Made by a program: the position numbers and the translations under genes. The notes beneath the pieces are model-generated. The model ran no database searches. It was not told the DNA's origin and saw only the letters and a list, made by a program, of their open reading frames with translations. Positions 1 through 13,366 of a DNA stretch of 64,000 nt are shown here, one piece after another. This DNA is from Camelus ferus (Eukaryota): NCBI RefSeq assembly GCF_009834535.1, contig NC_045696.1, positions 67,210,001 to 67,274,000 on the forward strand, written 5' to 3'. Every line of letters starts with the position of its first letter. Positions within the stretch are counted from its first letter, which is position 1.

Positions 1-99
1 CATGACCTCACTGAGTGTGCAGCTGGTAAGAGGTGAGCAGAAGCACACTGTCTTATAGCATCTCCACCCACTAAAGAGAACAGGCGTAAACAACCCCAA

Positions 100-339
100 G
101 AGCATGCGTAACAGCAAAACGAAGTCAAATCATCAGAAGATGAGGGGTTTTGAGTATATTACCCTTGTTTTAAATTTAATGTATTTGCTGTGAATTTGGT
201 TTGATTTTATGTATAATCTTAAGTTGTGAAACTATATTCAATTTTAACTAATTAACAATTAACTCTTTTAAAATTCTCAAAGTTCTACATAGCATTCACC
301 TCTCATGAGCCAGCGTGAACCAGCTCCGGCACGCCACTG
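100..339. mobile_element. hAT-Tip100 (Arthur1-like) DNA transposon end
   Basis: Terminus ctctcatgagccagcgtgaaccagctccggcacgccactg resembles the recalled Arthur1 terminal sequence. Confidence 0.6.
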
Positions 340-429
340 GATCAGTCCCTCGCCAGCACTGCACAGGTAGCTAATCGTCACCTGGCCTCCCCCAACTCAC
401 TGATGCTCCACATCTCAGTTATGCACAGG

Positions 430-749
430 CCAGGACAAACCCTCACTCCCAATTCCAAATTCAGCAAAGCTCTGAAATTGCAGTCCTGGTGCAAACTCAC
501 TTTGTGGTAAAACCAGATCTGAACCAGCCTGAGGCCATTTTTTTCTATTTTTAGTATCGTATGTTTCCCGGCAAAGATATTAATATGTTTGATTAAGGGG
601 GCTGGCACAGATCTCCACTGGGGCCTAAAATAAACAATGTATGTATCAGTTTGTTGTTGTTTAGAAACAACATTTCTAAAATATGAGAAATTCTCAACCT
701 GATTCATATGTGGTCCCAAGGATTTTGAATAAGGGATTGTGGACCTTTA
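430..749. mobile_element. TcMar-Tigger-type non-autonomous element
   Basis: Right end ggtcccaaggattttgaataagggattgtggacct resembles Tigger-type termini. The left end is degenerate. Confidence 0.5.
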
Positions 750-2700
750 GTGATCTTCATAAAAATATAAATACACTCACACTTTCTCACCCATCCGTTC
801 CTCCCTATCACCTAAGGGATAGACTCAAAGTTCTTAAACGTGACACAATTTTCAAGTTTCCTCTCTCAACAGTTTCCACCTAGCCCTCCTGTACCAAGTT
901 ACCTCTAGGAGTTTGGCCAACCATGACTAATGATTAAACTGGGCTCGTTAGTCACGCCTCACCTACATCTTACATCCTTTGGGAAAGAACCAGAACCCAG
1001 ATAATGCAGGGCCGTAGTCCATCTTTTCTGCTCCATCACTTATGTGATCTTAACTGGCCACTTCATCCTCCCTAGTCTCCACTTCTCACCTGTAAAATGG
1101 GAATCATAAACCAGCAAGGATGTAGGGAAGACAAAGCAAGTTCATGGCCATGAAGATACTTTGAAATGTGCTATATATTACATTTAAAGTTTCTTACTAC
1201 TTATCTTTCTGAAACAGGAACCCTGGGTTGAAAGCAGATGTTCTTTACCCCACCAGATGAGCAGTCAGGGATTTCTCATCTTCCCAAAAGGAGCTGAAAG
1301 TTGATGTACATAAAACCCAGTCGTCTCTGACACATACAAAAAGGGTTATGATTGAAGAGTCTTGTGTGCTGGGGAAATTGGTCTACATCCCAGCCATGTA
1401 ACTCATGAAAGCTGAATGGCTGGGTCTCAGTCCATCAGGAAAAAGAGGAAACGGACAAAAGCAGCCCCAAGCGCTCATCTTTCTGAGCCTGTGTGTTTAT
1501 ATGTTTGTTTTGTTTAGTTTTACTGTTGTTATTTTGGAGGTTTCGGGTTTTGTTTGATTGTTTTTTGCTGTTGTTGTTTCTGCATTTCCCTATGTTGTTG
1601 TCCTACAAACAGAGGACTTAAGTGTGAAAAGTCATTCAAAACCTATATGCATGACCCTCCTTTGATAAATAGCCTCCCATCTTCTGCTTAAACAGTCACA
1701 GTGACTCGGAGACTATTCACTTAGCCCAGATGCCTGAACCATCTTCTTTACAACCGGGAGCTCTGTCCATTACAAGAATACAGTCTGATCTAGATTTAAC
1801 AATTAACAGGCAAGGAAAAGAAACTGTCAGATTCTTACTATAGTAGAAATGATTGGAATCAGATCTTTTCTTGAAAGTATCCTTCGATGGAGGGTTTGGG
1901 GAGGAGTAAAAGAATTTTGGTGGAAAGGATGACCAAAAACGAACACAAAAGTACTATTTAAAGAGGAGAGATGGGTTCCAATGTGCAAAGGAAGAAAGTC
2001 TGACAACAAATAAACAAATGTGATTGCTTGAAGCTCTTCATGCACAGGCTATATGCCTCACTTTGATTTTAATTAAATTGGGCACCACAAACAAAAGAGA
2101 AATGGAAAACTGGCTGCCAGAGTCCTCATCAACTCTTTGAGTTCCTATTAGGTGCAGAGCTACATACAAAACTTAGGTCTTTGGGGCTAAGCTGTTTGTA
2201 CTTATCTGAAAATAGCTGTTTTTAGCCATCATCCTAGTTGATGTTATATCAAGCACACAATTGTGGTGCTAAGCCTCAATGCAGATCACATAATCAGATT
2301 TATATTTGGACAATTGCTGTCTACAGGCCATTATAATCACTGAACAAAAACATTCGAACAAACAAAAAACCAAGTCAAAGTTCTATACGGAAAAAAAAAA
2401 AAAAGCACCATTAAAGAAGTGACTGGTTCTATTATGTGAGAATTCAAAAACTGCCACCCTGGATTTTGAAAGACCACATTTGTGCATTCTTTCTTATAAG
2501 TAAGACACATTGTAGAGACAAAGCAGGTGTTTACTTTTGATGTGACCTTCAGCATTTAAGTTGATATTTATCCTAATCAAGGGAGACTTTTCATTTGCAC
2601 AAGCCCTATTTCACTCTGCAATGGGAGGTGGAGAGTGGAGAATAAAATGTAGGTTGGTAAAAGTGAATAAATGAAAAGCCTGAATTATAGACTTTTCATT

Positions 2701-2756
2701 AAAGGTAACCCAGAGATAACTTCAAATAAAAAAAAAAAAAAGGGTAACCCAGAGAT
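2701..2756 (+). mobile_element. Extremely 5'-truncated L1 insertion (about 9 nt plus polyA) with target-site duplication
   Basis: GGTAACCCAGAGAT at 2704-2717 and 2743-2756 flanks aacttcaaat(A)n. This matches the L1 3' terminus acttcaat seen near 14243 and 34164. Confidence 0.8.
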
Positions 2757-4101
2757 GATAGAGATAGAGACAGATAGGATAGGCATAAATGTAGAGGTTA
2801 CCAAAAGAAAAGGACCTTTTATCAATGGTTAGTACTTATGAGAGTAAGGACAGTACTGCCCATTTAAAATCCACTGTGTTCTGGGGACTTTGTTAAGAAT
2901 TTCACAGTGTTACATTGTTTAGTCTTCATAACAACTCTTCAGTTATATATCATTATCTCCAATTTATAGATGAAGACAAAAGTGCTCAGAACCTGTCAGG
3001 TTTTCAAAAGTTTATTTTAATTCAATTCTTGGAACTCATTTGCTACAATAATACAACATAGTGGTCAGACAGATGGACTTAACTGGTTATTTAATTCTGT
3101 GTTCCATTGAGGGATTTGTTCTGCTCAGCTGGATGTTTAAACATTCCAGCGTTGCTCTCTTAAAACTTAGTTAAAGATGTCCTGCCCAGAGGCGAAAGAT
3201 TAAATGATTCTTCACTCAAGGTATAGAAATTACTGAGTTTTCTGTTGGAACCTGTGATGATCGTATTGACAAGAAATTTACAGAACCGATTAAGTATTTG
3301 AAATAGAGTTCTAATTGTATTCTCCATTTAATAGTATGGATTCTGTGGAAGAAAAGAGGTGCCTCTTACCCTTATTATGTACTTTACTTATGATTATAGA
3401 GACCATGACATTCCTAATATTTGCTTGGTGGGTAAAAAAAAAAGTCACCCAGACACTAGAGTTTCATATAGGACAGAAAGGTAACCATCTTCATGGTGTC
3501 ATTTGCATTGAAAACCCCTGTTGATGAGATAAGCATTGGGGGTGAAGAGAGCAGCTATTAAAGGAATAGGATGTCAGTGTTAGATTTGGTTTTTATCCTA
3601 ACTCTGGACAGGTGGCCCCTCTTCCCTATCCTGCATGAGTTCCCTCGTTTTTCTGCTCATGTTACTGTACATAAGATAAACTTCAAACTAATATGTTGAC
3701 CTCATTCATCCTCTTTCCTAACGCTTATTTCTACTGGGATGGTAAGTAGCCTGCTGAGGTTGGAGGAAGAACTCTTACAAGACAGAGATGGAACCAGACA
3801 CATCAGTTAGGAAGCTGACACACTAGCCCTTGAGAGCAGTGATGAGGGCCTGATCTAAGGTAGGCATGGGGGGGGCTTGAGTGAAGCAACTAGCCTGGAA
3901 AACAGCTGTAGAAGTCACACCTGGCTGTACCATCGGCCATGAGGCACCATGAAACATTACTCTCCAACTGGGCATGTCAATTGATTATCTTACACAGAAT
4001 CCAGGATAAATTCTTCCACACACCCATCTCCTATTCTATTATGGTGTTGTCAAGGAAAATGGTAGATTCCCACTGCCTTTTGCTTAGTCATAACTACTCA
4101 C

Positions 4102-4193
4102 TCTGTCAAGAGCCAGAAGCCTTGAATGGTCTCTCCAGAAGTCTTGTCAACGTGGCCTTTCAAGTCTTCCATGGCGGTCTCAATGGCCCCTGG
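4102..4193 (-). CDS. TPRG1: TPRG1 second coding exon (92 nt)
   Basis: Reverse complement reads CCA GGG GCC ATT GAG ACC GCC ATG GAA GAC TTG AAA GGC CAC..., i.e. PGAIETAMEDLKGHVDKTSGETIQGFWLLT+GA, continuing TPRG1 in frame. Acceptor tttcttttcccactcag|, donor GA|gtgagt. Absent from the ORF track. Confidence 0.95.
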
Positions 4194-4768
4194 CTGAGTG
4201 GGAAAAGAAAATACCTAGTTTAGAGAAGACTGAGTTCTCTTTGTGCTTATGATCATTTACTGTATCCCTGCAGCTCCTCCAGAAAGCTGACCAGGAAAGA
4301 TAGTTCTTGGGTTTGCCTGCTTTCATAGGCCCTGCCTTCCAGAAAGCTGCCTTAAACTCTGGTATTTACTAAGCTGCTCTCCTTGGGTCAAAGGTGATCG
4401 GGTCCTGTGAGGCTTCCATAATCTGGCTCATACTTTCCCATAGAAATGGAGACAGCCATTTTCAGGGAATAAGTTTTTCTGACAAACAACATGTTTATCA
4501 GGAAGGTCAATGCATTTAGCAATATATACATTAAAAAAAAATCAAACTGTTCTCTCTTCAAAGAGTACATGGCTTTAAAACACAAAAGGGAAACCTTCCT
4601 CCAGTGCACTGAGTATACTTTTAGCTGGCTTTGGGAAGTGAACTTTTTTTGTCTCCTTACTTCTCTTTCTTCACCCTTCTCCAAATAGGTATTCCTATGA
4701 CGAGCCGATCTCTAGCTTAAAAATGGATTAATACCTACCTTAATAAGAAATTAATAGGCCTTCTAGCT

Positions 4769-4948
4769 CAATGATTCTTAAACTTCAGGGCACATCAGAA
4801 TCACCTGAAGTGTGTTTTTAAGCACAGATTTCTGGACCCTGTCCCTAGAGTTTCTGGTTCAGTGGTTCTGGGGTAAGCCTGAGAATCTGCATTTCCAACA
4901 AGTTCCCAGGTGATGCTGTGGGTGTGGACTCTCCTGTGAGAACCATTG
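4769..4948. mobile_element. MER5A-like hAT-Charlie MITE
   Basis: caatgattcttaaactt...catcagaatcacctg...gaatctgcatttccaacaagttcccaggtgatgctg...gagaaccattg with inverted termini. Confidence 0.8.
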
Positions 4949-4956
4949 TTCTCTGG

Positions 4957-5142
4957 CAGATATTCTCAATCTTGGCTACTCATCAGAATCACCAGGGGAG
5001 CTTGTAAAGATCCTAATGGCCAAGCTGTGCGCCAGGCCAATCATATCAGATACTCAGTGGACGGGACCCACATAACAGTTCATCAGGATTTCTGGAAGCA
5101 TCCCAGAGGACACCAATGTATAGCCAAGGCTGAGAACCCCTG
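4957..5142. mobile_element. MER5-family MITE (second, adjacent copy)
   Basis: cagatattctcaatcttggct...catcagaatcacc...gccaaggctgagaacccctg. Confidence 0.7.
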
Positions 5143-6579
5143 CAGCCCAGAGCTTACCTATCACAAGCTGTTTCATTTTATAGGTGCAGAAAGAAGGAGT
5201 CTGTGTAGGGAAGTAACTTGTCAAGTTCATTCAGCTGAAAAGTGACAGAGACCAGACAGGCACCCCAGACACCCCACTTCCAGGCCTACAACACAGTGAT
5301 GGCCTCATGCCCAACCCTGGGACAAGCACTTCTCAAGTTCTCATATATTCTCTATACAATAGGGTTTTATGCTAAATATCTACTCTTCCATAAATATTAA
5401 CATTTCTAACCCTCCTAGCCTGAGACTGTTCTCTCCCAAAAGGAAACAGGGACACTAGCCTGGCTAGGACCCATGCAAGTTATCTTTTCCTCCCAGAGGG
5501 GAGGTGTTGTAGGATGCTGGTTTGCCTGTGTTCTCAGGCTATGATAAAAGGCTTTGAAAGATGTTGGCCACAGAGTGCATTGGTTAAGAGAAATCTTAGA
5601 CGAGTCCATGTGTAAAGTATAGAAAAAGAATGAAGCTGCTCCAGATGAAGTGGTGGAAGGTAGTGTAGAACTGTATCTGTGCAGCTCCCCACCAGCCCAA
5701 GTCATCCAGGAAATGGACGGGACAACTGACCAGAGTTGAGTGACCTGGGTCCATCGTCCAGATGTGTCATGAATAAATTCTGTGGCCTACGGCCAATTGT
5801 TTGACTTTTCTTGGGCTCCGTTTCCTTCTCTGTAAGACAACTGAGTAGACTGAACCAAGAGTTTCTGAGCCAAGATGATGAGCAAAACCTCCTGGGAATC
5901 TTTAAGAAAATACGATCATAGCCTTTATACCAAGATATTCTGACTTCTCAGTTTTAACAAGTTTCCTGTTGAATTGGACAGTCAGTCAGTGGGCTGAATG
6001 GTTTCTGACTCTTTTGTCAACCTCTGCTGCTGGTTAAAGAGTTGTCAGGGAGCTAATGTGGTACCCTAGGCCTGCCGAAACCTGTGTGTCATGAAATCTG
6101 TAAGTTCTGAGACATGAATCAAATATGCCTTGAGCTCGCACTGACAGAGGAGGTTGTGCCAACATCACTGATGTCCAGTGATCCCGCTGGTAGGATGGGG
6201 CTACCCTGCAGGGATATTTCCTATGATTCCGTGACAATTGTCTTGTCACCCATCCTCAGCTCCTCGTGATGCAGCCTGACTTTACCAGGCCCACTGGTCA
6301 GTGCTCTAAAAAAATGACACTTTCTTTGGTGACTCATCATGGCTGTTTTTCCTATCTCTCTTCCTATAGTCACATAATTTCTGCCTCAAGCTAATATAAC
6401 TTGGTAGTGAAATGAATACTTTTTAGAAGAAAAAAAATTTGAGTGGAACTGAAGAATAATGAAATAATCCTAAAATAAGCATTTTGTTGAATGTTTTTAT
6501 ACCAGGCACTTCGCCAAAAATATGTGCAGATGAATGTAAGAATGCAGAATTTTTCAAAACCTTACTTGTCTTCCCCATG

Positions 6580-7100
6580 GGAAGCATTTGGCAAAATCTA
6601 CCAAAATGATCTATCCTTCAATCCACACATTCCATTTGTGTGAAGTTATACTGTAGACGCTCCTGCATGTGTACAGAATGACATAAGTATACAGTGTCCT
6701 TCGTAGCCTTGTTTTTGGACAGCAAAAATTTGGAAATAATGCAAATATCTATCAATGGGAAACTTGTTAGATACATCATGGGACACAGCCATGCAATGAA
6801 ATATGCTAAATATAGTTTAACAAAATGAAGAAACACACTTATAGGTAAAGTTTTCAAAATTTATTACTAAGTGAAAGACAAAAATATTCAGAAGGGTCAG
6901 TATGCCACCTTTTTGTGTAAAAAGGAGAATGGATAAGAATAAGTATTTAAGTTTGTTTGTACATGCCACTGTAGAAGGATATGTAGAAAATGCTAACGGT
7001 GGTACCCTAAGGGTAGGGAAGGAACTTGATGGATGGAGATGTTGTTCTACTGTACACCTTTTCAAAAGTTAAACATTAAAAATGAAGTGTGCTCTTTAAA
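6580..7100 (+). mobile_element. Ancient L1 (L1ME-like) 3' fragment
   Basis: Degenerate L1 ORF2-end and 3'UTR motifs (aaaaatttggaaataatgcaaatatctatcaatggga; atgcaatgaaatatgc). Confidence 0.6.
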
Positions 7101-7670
7101 GAACAGTTTGGAAGTCTCTGGAGTTCTGTCCATGTCCTCACTGCCTGCATTCTTACCTTCAGCAGGAACATCAGTCATGTCTGCACGGAGCAGTTATGCA
7201 GTGTATCCTGACATATTGATTACCATAATGAATTAACTCCAGCTATTTAGTGTCAAAAATGAAATACAGTGCGTGAACACTTTGCCTTGTGTCCAGGATG
7301 AGGTTTTAAATCTCAGCCTTTCTGCTTCTTGTGACACCCACCTTAAGTCATCTTGTCATTCCAGGCATCAGTTTATCATTTATTAGATGGAAAAGATAAC
7401 ATTATCTGTACTAGAGCAGCTAGGAAATTCCAAAAACATTTGGTAACGCTGAGTAATAACAGATTTTATGATTATTCTCCTTGTTAATATTAAATAGAAG
7501 GGAAATTGTTGTGCTGGGATTTGGGGATCAAATGGTTGCTGCAGTGGGACAATTAGCTCTGAGACTCCTTGCAGCCTAAAATGAATAGGAAAGTGTGATG
7601 GAATGATATGAACTCATTATCCGATAAAAGAAAGCTTAGCAAGGAAAATACACATACATTTCTAATACTA

Positions 7671-7673
7671 AAA

Positions 7674-7734
<61 letters not shown>
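7671..7734 (+). repeat. (AAAT)16 microsatellite
   Basis: Perfect tetranucleotide run read directly. Confidence 0.97.
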
Positions 7735-7736
<2 letters not shown>

Positions 7737-10142
7737 AATTTTAAGAAAAAAGTCATTCGGGGGATCCACATTTATAAGTCACTACATAGCATAATGGGCA
7801 ATATCATCTCTAATAGTCTAGCACTAAATATTTTCAGTCAAAACAAACGTACTGAGGAAATTTGAAAGACATATGAATTTGTTTCCTTGTGTTTCCTTGA
7901 GCTAGACTAGCCTGGAGCCAGTTGTCACACAAACGGTACTCATATTGGCTGCTAATATTTTCCCATGGGCTGGACTCCTTAGTAGACAGTGAGAGGAGGG
8001 GGCAGTCTAGAAGGGATGCTGCTGGGGGCTCAGACAAGGTGAGAGCTCTCTCGTGGGCATCCTTATGTCCAGAGCGGGTTGGCTTTGTGGAAAATCCATA
8101 AGGTAAGAAAACCGGCTCTAAATTGAATGTGATTTGTAAAGCCCAGGCAAATTGATCTCTCCCTGACAATGAAGGAAATGCATCTGATTCTATCATTGTT
8201 AATTGTCTGCCCTCAGATAGAAACGTCAACTTTATTACAATCTTCAAAGGATTTCGGTGTAAGGAGGGGAGTCAAGAAATCTTTTGCCCAGTGAGACATA
8301 TAATTTCTAAAGCAGAGAAGCTCACACAGACAATAACAATATAACTAATATATTTAGTTGTTCCCAATGCAAGAGCAAGACACGGGGAAGCCTATGGTAA
8401 GAGAAGGGGGAAAGGAGAGCGTATGAAAGCCAAATTAGTGTCATGAAGGCAATGACATCTTGCCACACAATGGGAAGTCCCAAACCTGCTTATTAAAGTC
8501 TCGTTGCTCACAATAGAACACAGGCTATAAAAAGGCCATGGGGAACCATTAATTAAATATTAAAAGATCAAATAGTTTTAGTCCCATTAGTTTGTATGTA
8601 ATTTACATTCTCAAGTATAAATTTAGAGATAATTCCCCATCTCTAATCGCTTTCAACTTTCTGATAAGGTGTCTGCAAATATAGAGTCCTACAGGGAGTT
8701 TAAATATATCTTTCCCCATGCAGATCAAGTATTGTTCCTTTCATAAGAAGTTGCTTTTGAATATCACTCTCTACAACTAAAGTGATTATCATAATATACC
8801 TCGAGTTATTAGCCTTGAGGGGTACTTTTGTTGAGAGAAGGCAGGAGGCCATTTTTAGATGTCTAAGGATTAATAGCAGATGAACAAAAAATAGGAGGAA
8901 AAGGTTATCCAAGCAGGCGGATGACGAGTGGTTCAGACCTTCATTACTATGACTTCTCATTCATTGTCCAAGGTCACAGGCAGTGGATGGGTGGTGGGAA
9001 GTGCCAGGAATCTCAGATTCCAGGCCTGCCAGGGCCCCAAAGTTGCTGGTTGCCTTTGGATAAATCATATCTCCTTTGTGTGTCTTAGCAGTGGGCTTGG
9101 ATATTCTCTGAGGTCACTCCTGGCTCTAACTTAGCAAGAATGTTGCTAAGCTATATTGGAAGGGCAAAGTTGCAGTAAATAAATAATTGGCTGGAAGCCT
9201 GAGGGAAGAAAACAACAGCCCAGAGCGACCCACGAAAGAACACCAGAGATCTAAAGGACCAGACTGACAAATTTTATGATCAGATATTCAAAAGTGTGAT
9301 CTAATGCAGGATGTTATGATGCTAAAAATGTCTCATATTTGTCCTGAATTCTCCTAAATTTGATTTATACTTCCGTATCAGACACATCTTTGCATAAGCA
9401 GCCTGAAATGCATGTAATTGATCCTCCGGTTTTTACAGCATTGGGCATCCACTCCTGGCAGCTGGAAAGCTCAGGGCCATCCTGCCAGAGCAAGCCACTT
9501 CCCTTCCCAGGGTAAAGGATATGAACAAGAAACAGCCTAAATATCCAGCAAAACTTAAATAAATTTTAGTACATCTTCATAACAGATGTTACAGAGTGTG
9601 AAAACGGATGTTACGGAAGTATAGCCATTGACAGAAATTTTTGGCATATAATCCTATTTTTGCACAATAAAATGTACATAGAAGACAAAAAATAAGAAAA
9701 AGTACGCACCAAGATGTATATATAAAAGCACATTCATATATTTTGGTTAACTTTGAGATATGGAAATATGGTGACTTTAATCTTGCTTAGCCACATTTTC
9801 CAATTTTTTTCAATAAACCACCTCCTGTGAAATTATTTTAAAATCTTTTGATAAAATAAAATGCTTCACCAAGGAGCTTCTCTACTTAGTTACTCACTGC
9901 TCTTCTGAATTTGCAACATGTATTTTTTAAGTTCTTACACTGTAATAAACTGATTCGTTTCATCACTACATGGGATCACGGAACTATGAATGAGAATTGG
10001 GGAACACTGGCTCTAACTCTAGCCTTGCCACTTACTAGCCTCTTGGGTAAGTCAGTGCTCACTAACTGTTATGACATTGGGTGAGCAACTGCCCCTCTCT
10101 GGGCCTTAGCTGCCTCTGAAAATGAGAGTGTTAACTACACAC

Positions 10143-10304
10143 ATAGTGTTCAAAGTGTGATGTGTGGACAGAGATCATGAGTACTGCCAGAGACTTTATA
10201 TAAATGCAGAATCTAAGGTCTCACCCCAGAACTACTGAATCAGACCTATATTTTAACAGGATTTCCAGGTGATTTGTTTGCATGATAAAGACTGAGAAGC
10301 ACTG
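10143..10304. mobile_element. MER5B-like MITE
   Basis: aaatgcagaatctaaggtctcaccccagaactactgaatcaga...ttttaacaggatttccaggtgatt...gagaagcactg. Confidence 0.75.
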
Positions 10305-10711
10305 GACCAGATCATCCATAGATCCCATTTCAGTTCTAAGAAGTGATACCTTATGATGAATGTTTCATAGATCTGAGTCATTCAGAGCCCTGGTCTTATT
10401 TAATTATCCCTTGAGAAAATGAGTTAGCTTCCTTTGTTCCAAACACTTGCCTGCTACAGATCCTATAAGTCTACATTTTTGTCTCACGCTGGAGGTCATG
10501 GGCATCTTAATATCATTCCTTATTACCAATTACAGAAGTGTGAATGTTAAAGCAACAGAAAAGAGGGAGAGAGCATTTAGGATAGCAATAATGCTGCTTA
10601 TCGTGTGTTAATAGAAGTGTCATACACTGTACAAGAACTCTTACAAGGTTAGCTTACTGAAATTCCCATGTCAAACTACTGTTTTATCCACACTTTGAAG
10701 ATGAGAAAATT

Positions 10712-10800
10712 TATATATACATATATATACACACATATGTGTTTGTGTGTGTATATGTGTACGTGTGTGTATACACACACACACACACACATACATACAT
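10712..10800. repeat. Compound (TA)/(TG)/(CA) microsatellite
   Basis: Alternating purine-pyrimidine tract read directly. Confidence 0.9.
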
Positions 10801-11472
10801 CTCCACATTTTTCTCAACCACCACCACATCAGCAGATCTGTGGTTTACAAGGTAGTAAAGGTGGCTCATCCCTTTATGTATTCAAAATATTTCTCATTAT
10901 AAGTTTCAGTTGAGCCAACAATTGTATTTTCATTATCCTCACATGCATTAAAGCACATTCATTATACTCACATGGGGAAAAAAAAACTATTCATATTTTC
11001 TCTTTTAGTCTGAAGAAAAGTGAAGGCTGAGTGCCTTGGGAATACAGCCCTTACAGCTACGCCGTGAAGAGTCCACATGTCTATTTTGGACTCACTGATA
11101 AGATAAGAAGGTTTTCTCCCCCAAGCCCTTGAGAACTGAAAGTTGTTTCCTACACACCTGATGGAGAAGATGCTCTTCACGTGAACTGAAGTCAGTCATT
11201 GAAAACCTTTACAAAGGGGCCTTACGTTCAACTGGCCCTGCACGCTGAACTCAGAGACAGAAGATGCAGATTGTAGCCAAAGCTCTTCCACTAATATTAT
11301 GTGACTCAGACAGGTCACTTCCCTCCTCTGAAACTTTACGATGTTTACTATTAAAACAAGAGTGACAAGCCCTTCCCTGCCTACCTCACAGTGCTGCTCC
11401 AAGGGGCTGTATTTTCTGGGCTACACAGAGCCACACAAATAAGGGCACTGTGTAAATAAATAAATACTCCAT

Positions 11473-12120
11473 TGTGGCTTTAGACTGTGTCAGCTGAGCT
11501 AAGCAGGAGCTACATTTTCTAGAATTCCTTTTCCTGTCTACTTCCAAATTAGGGTTGGCCACGAGAGGCGCTTGTGTCAGACTGGAAAGGGAGAGGTGGA
11601 CCGTCAGTCACGTTCCTTGCTGAAGATCCCCAGGCCTCGACACAGCTCAAGTTCACAGCCACCCATCTCCTGTTCACTTGATGGCACGGGGCAGCCCCTG
11701 GACCCACAGCTCCTTCTGTTAGAGTCAGCCCGCCTCCGTCAGATCCTCCTCCCCCCTCGCTAGCTGGGGAAGCGTGCAGCTCGATGGGGAAGAGCACTGG
11801 CTTCCCCTGAAAGGGACTCACATCTTCAAGTTCAGACTTGGGAGACAGACCTGCTTCCCACTTTTCCTTCACGTGTCCCACTTGGTCATAAGGCTTTCCA
11901 GTTTGTCCATATACTTTCCAGTTTTCCCCTATTCCCTATTCTTACTTCACAATTGCCAGTTGGTCGATCTATAGCAACTTCAGGCCCATCATCAGATGCA
12001 AAGACAACAGCTTTGCACAGACTTCTCAGGCAGCTCTCTTAGCTGCACCAGATCCCAGTGATAAACCTCCTCTATTATATTACTCACAGCTAATTCTCTT
12101 ATCAAATGCTGATGGATACA
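11473..12120 (+). mobile_element. MLT2E/F-like ERVL solo LTR
   Basis: Start tgtggctttagactgtgtcagctgagctaagcaggagctacattttctagaattcc and end ...tgctgatggataca resemble the recalled MLT2 consensus. Confidence 0.7.
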
Positions 12121-13366
12121 TTTTCACTATTAAAGATAAGGACACTTTAGGGGATGCTTGGATTTCCTTCACAGCTATAACTTACAAATTCACTTTGCAT
12201 ATTCAATAAAGTTCACATACTTTAGAAAGCAAACCATATTGCTATACACGTGCAAAAAAGCACATAAACGCATACACACTATAGAATGTACCAAAGCACT
12301 TTGCATGTAAGAGTCAACGAACATGAGTAATATGGGTATGTATCTTCAAACACACGTGTGCACACGCACACACACACATTGAGTCTCTTTAGTTAAAACT
12401 GTATCTTAACCGAAGATATGTTTTAAAACCTAACAAATCAAGAGTCAGTAGTTAAAGCATTGTTAATCATCCCAAACTCTTGGTCACCACTTATTTAGGA
12501 GATTGAGTTGGGAAAAAAAAAATGTTTCAACAAAAAGATGTCCCAAATACACTTGAAAATTCAGGTGGTTTCTGTTGCCACAGTGCACAGCCTGCAATTT
12601 TGCCCCTAATTGATTGTACCTATGAGCTCACCGCTACCGTGTTGACAAGAAAGGTGAAGGACTGGGAAAGGAGAGCTGTAAGTAGGAAGGAGTGTGCAAG
12701 ACAGAGAAAGGTACCAGAACCCAAGGGAGTACACTCTACGGGATCCAAATGTGAGAAGTTTAGAGCATTTTTAATATCTAGATATACAAACCCCATCCTC
12801 GTTACACACCCATCCATTTATTTCCCCAGCTTTGACACACAGGGAAGCCCAGATCGAGGCTGCAGTTATAGGTTTGGGATTTAACGTGCCTGGTCCCACA
12901 CTGCAGTGCCAGCATGCCCGTGGAGACCCCTGAGGTCCAGCCTAATCTCAGCAATCCTTCCCACTCCATCACCCGTGTCTTCTCCAAACATACACCAAAT
13001 ACTCTGGGCTCAGGGATTTACACTCTAGTCAGTCTGGTTGTCTTCACAGAGCATCAGTTTACTAAGGTCAGGTGTAGCAGGGATACAGGACTGAGGAGCC
13101 GAAGACTCCTCAGTAAAAAAGCTGGAGGACCTGCTTCTCCTTGATCCTACCTGCTGATCAAAAATAGACCCTTAACTTCTGAAATTCAGATCCTTCACCT
13201 GCAACATGGGGATAAGGATGCCTACGTCACAGTTATCGTGACAATTACACAAGACAACAAGTATGAAAACAGTTGGTCGAACACGTGGTACGTGAAAGGA
13301 TGTTCGGATTTTTTAAGGAGAAGACTTACGTAGTATTTAAGAACACAAGTGATTTTACAGCTTTAC

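Noticed and set aside
7553..7771. ORF with a FIYL repeat resembling a membrane peptide
   Set aside because: Translation of the (AAAT)n microsatellite.
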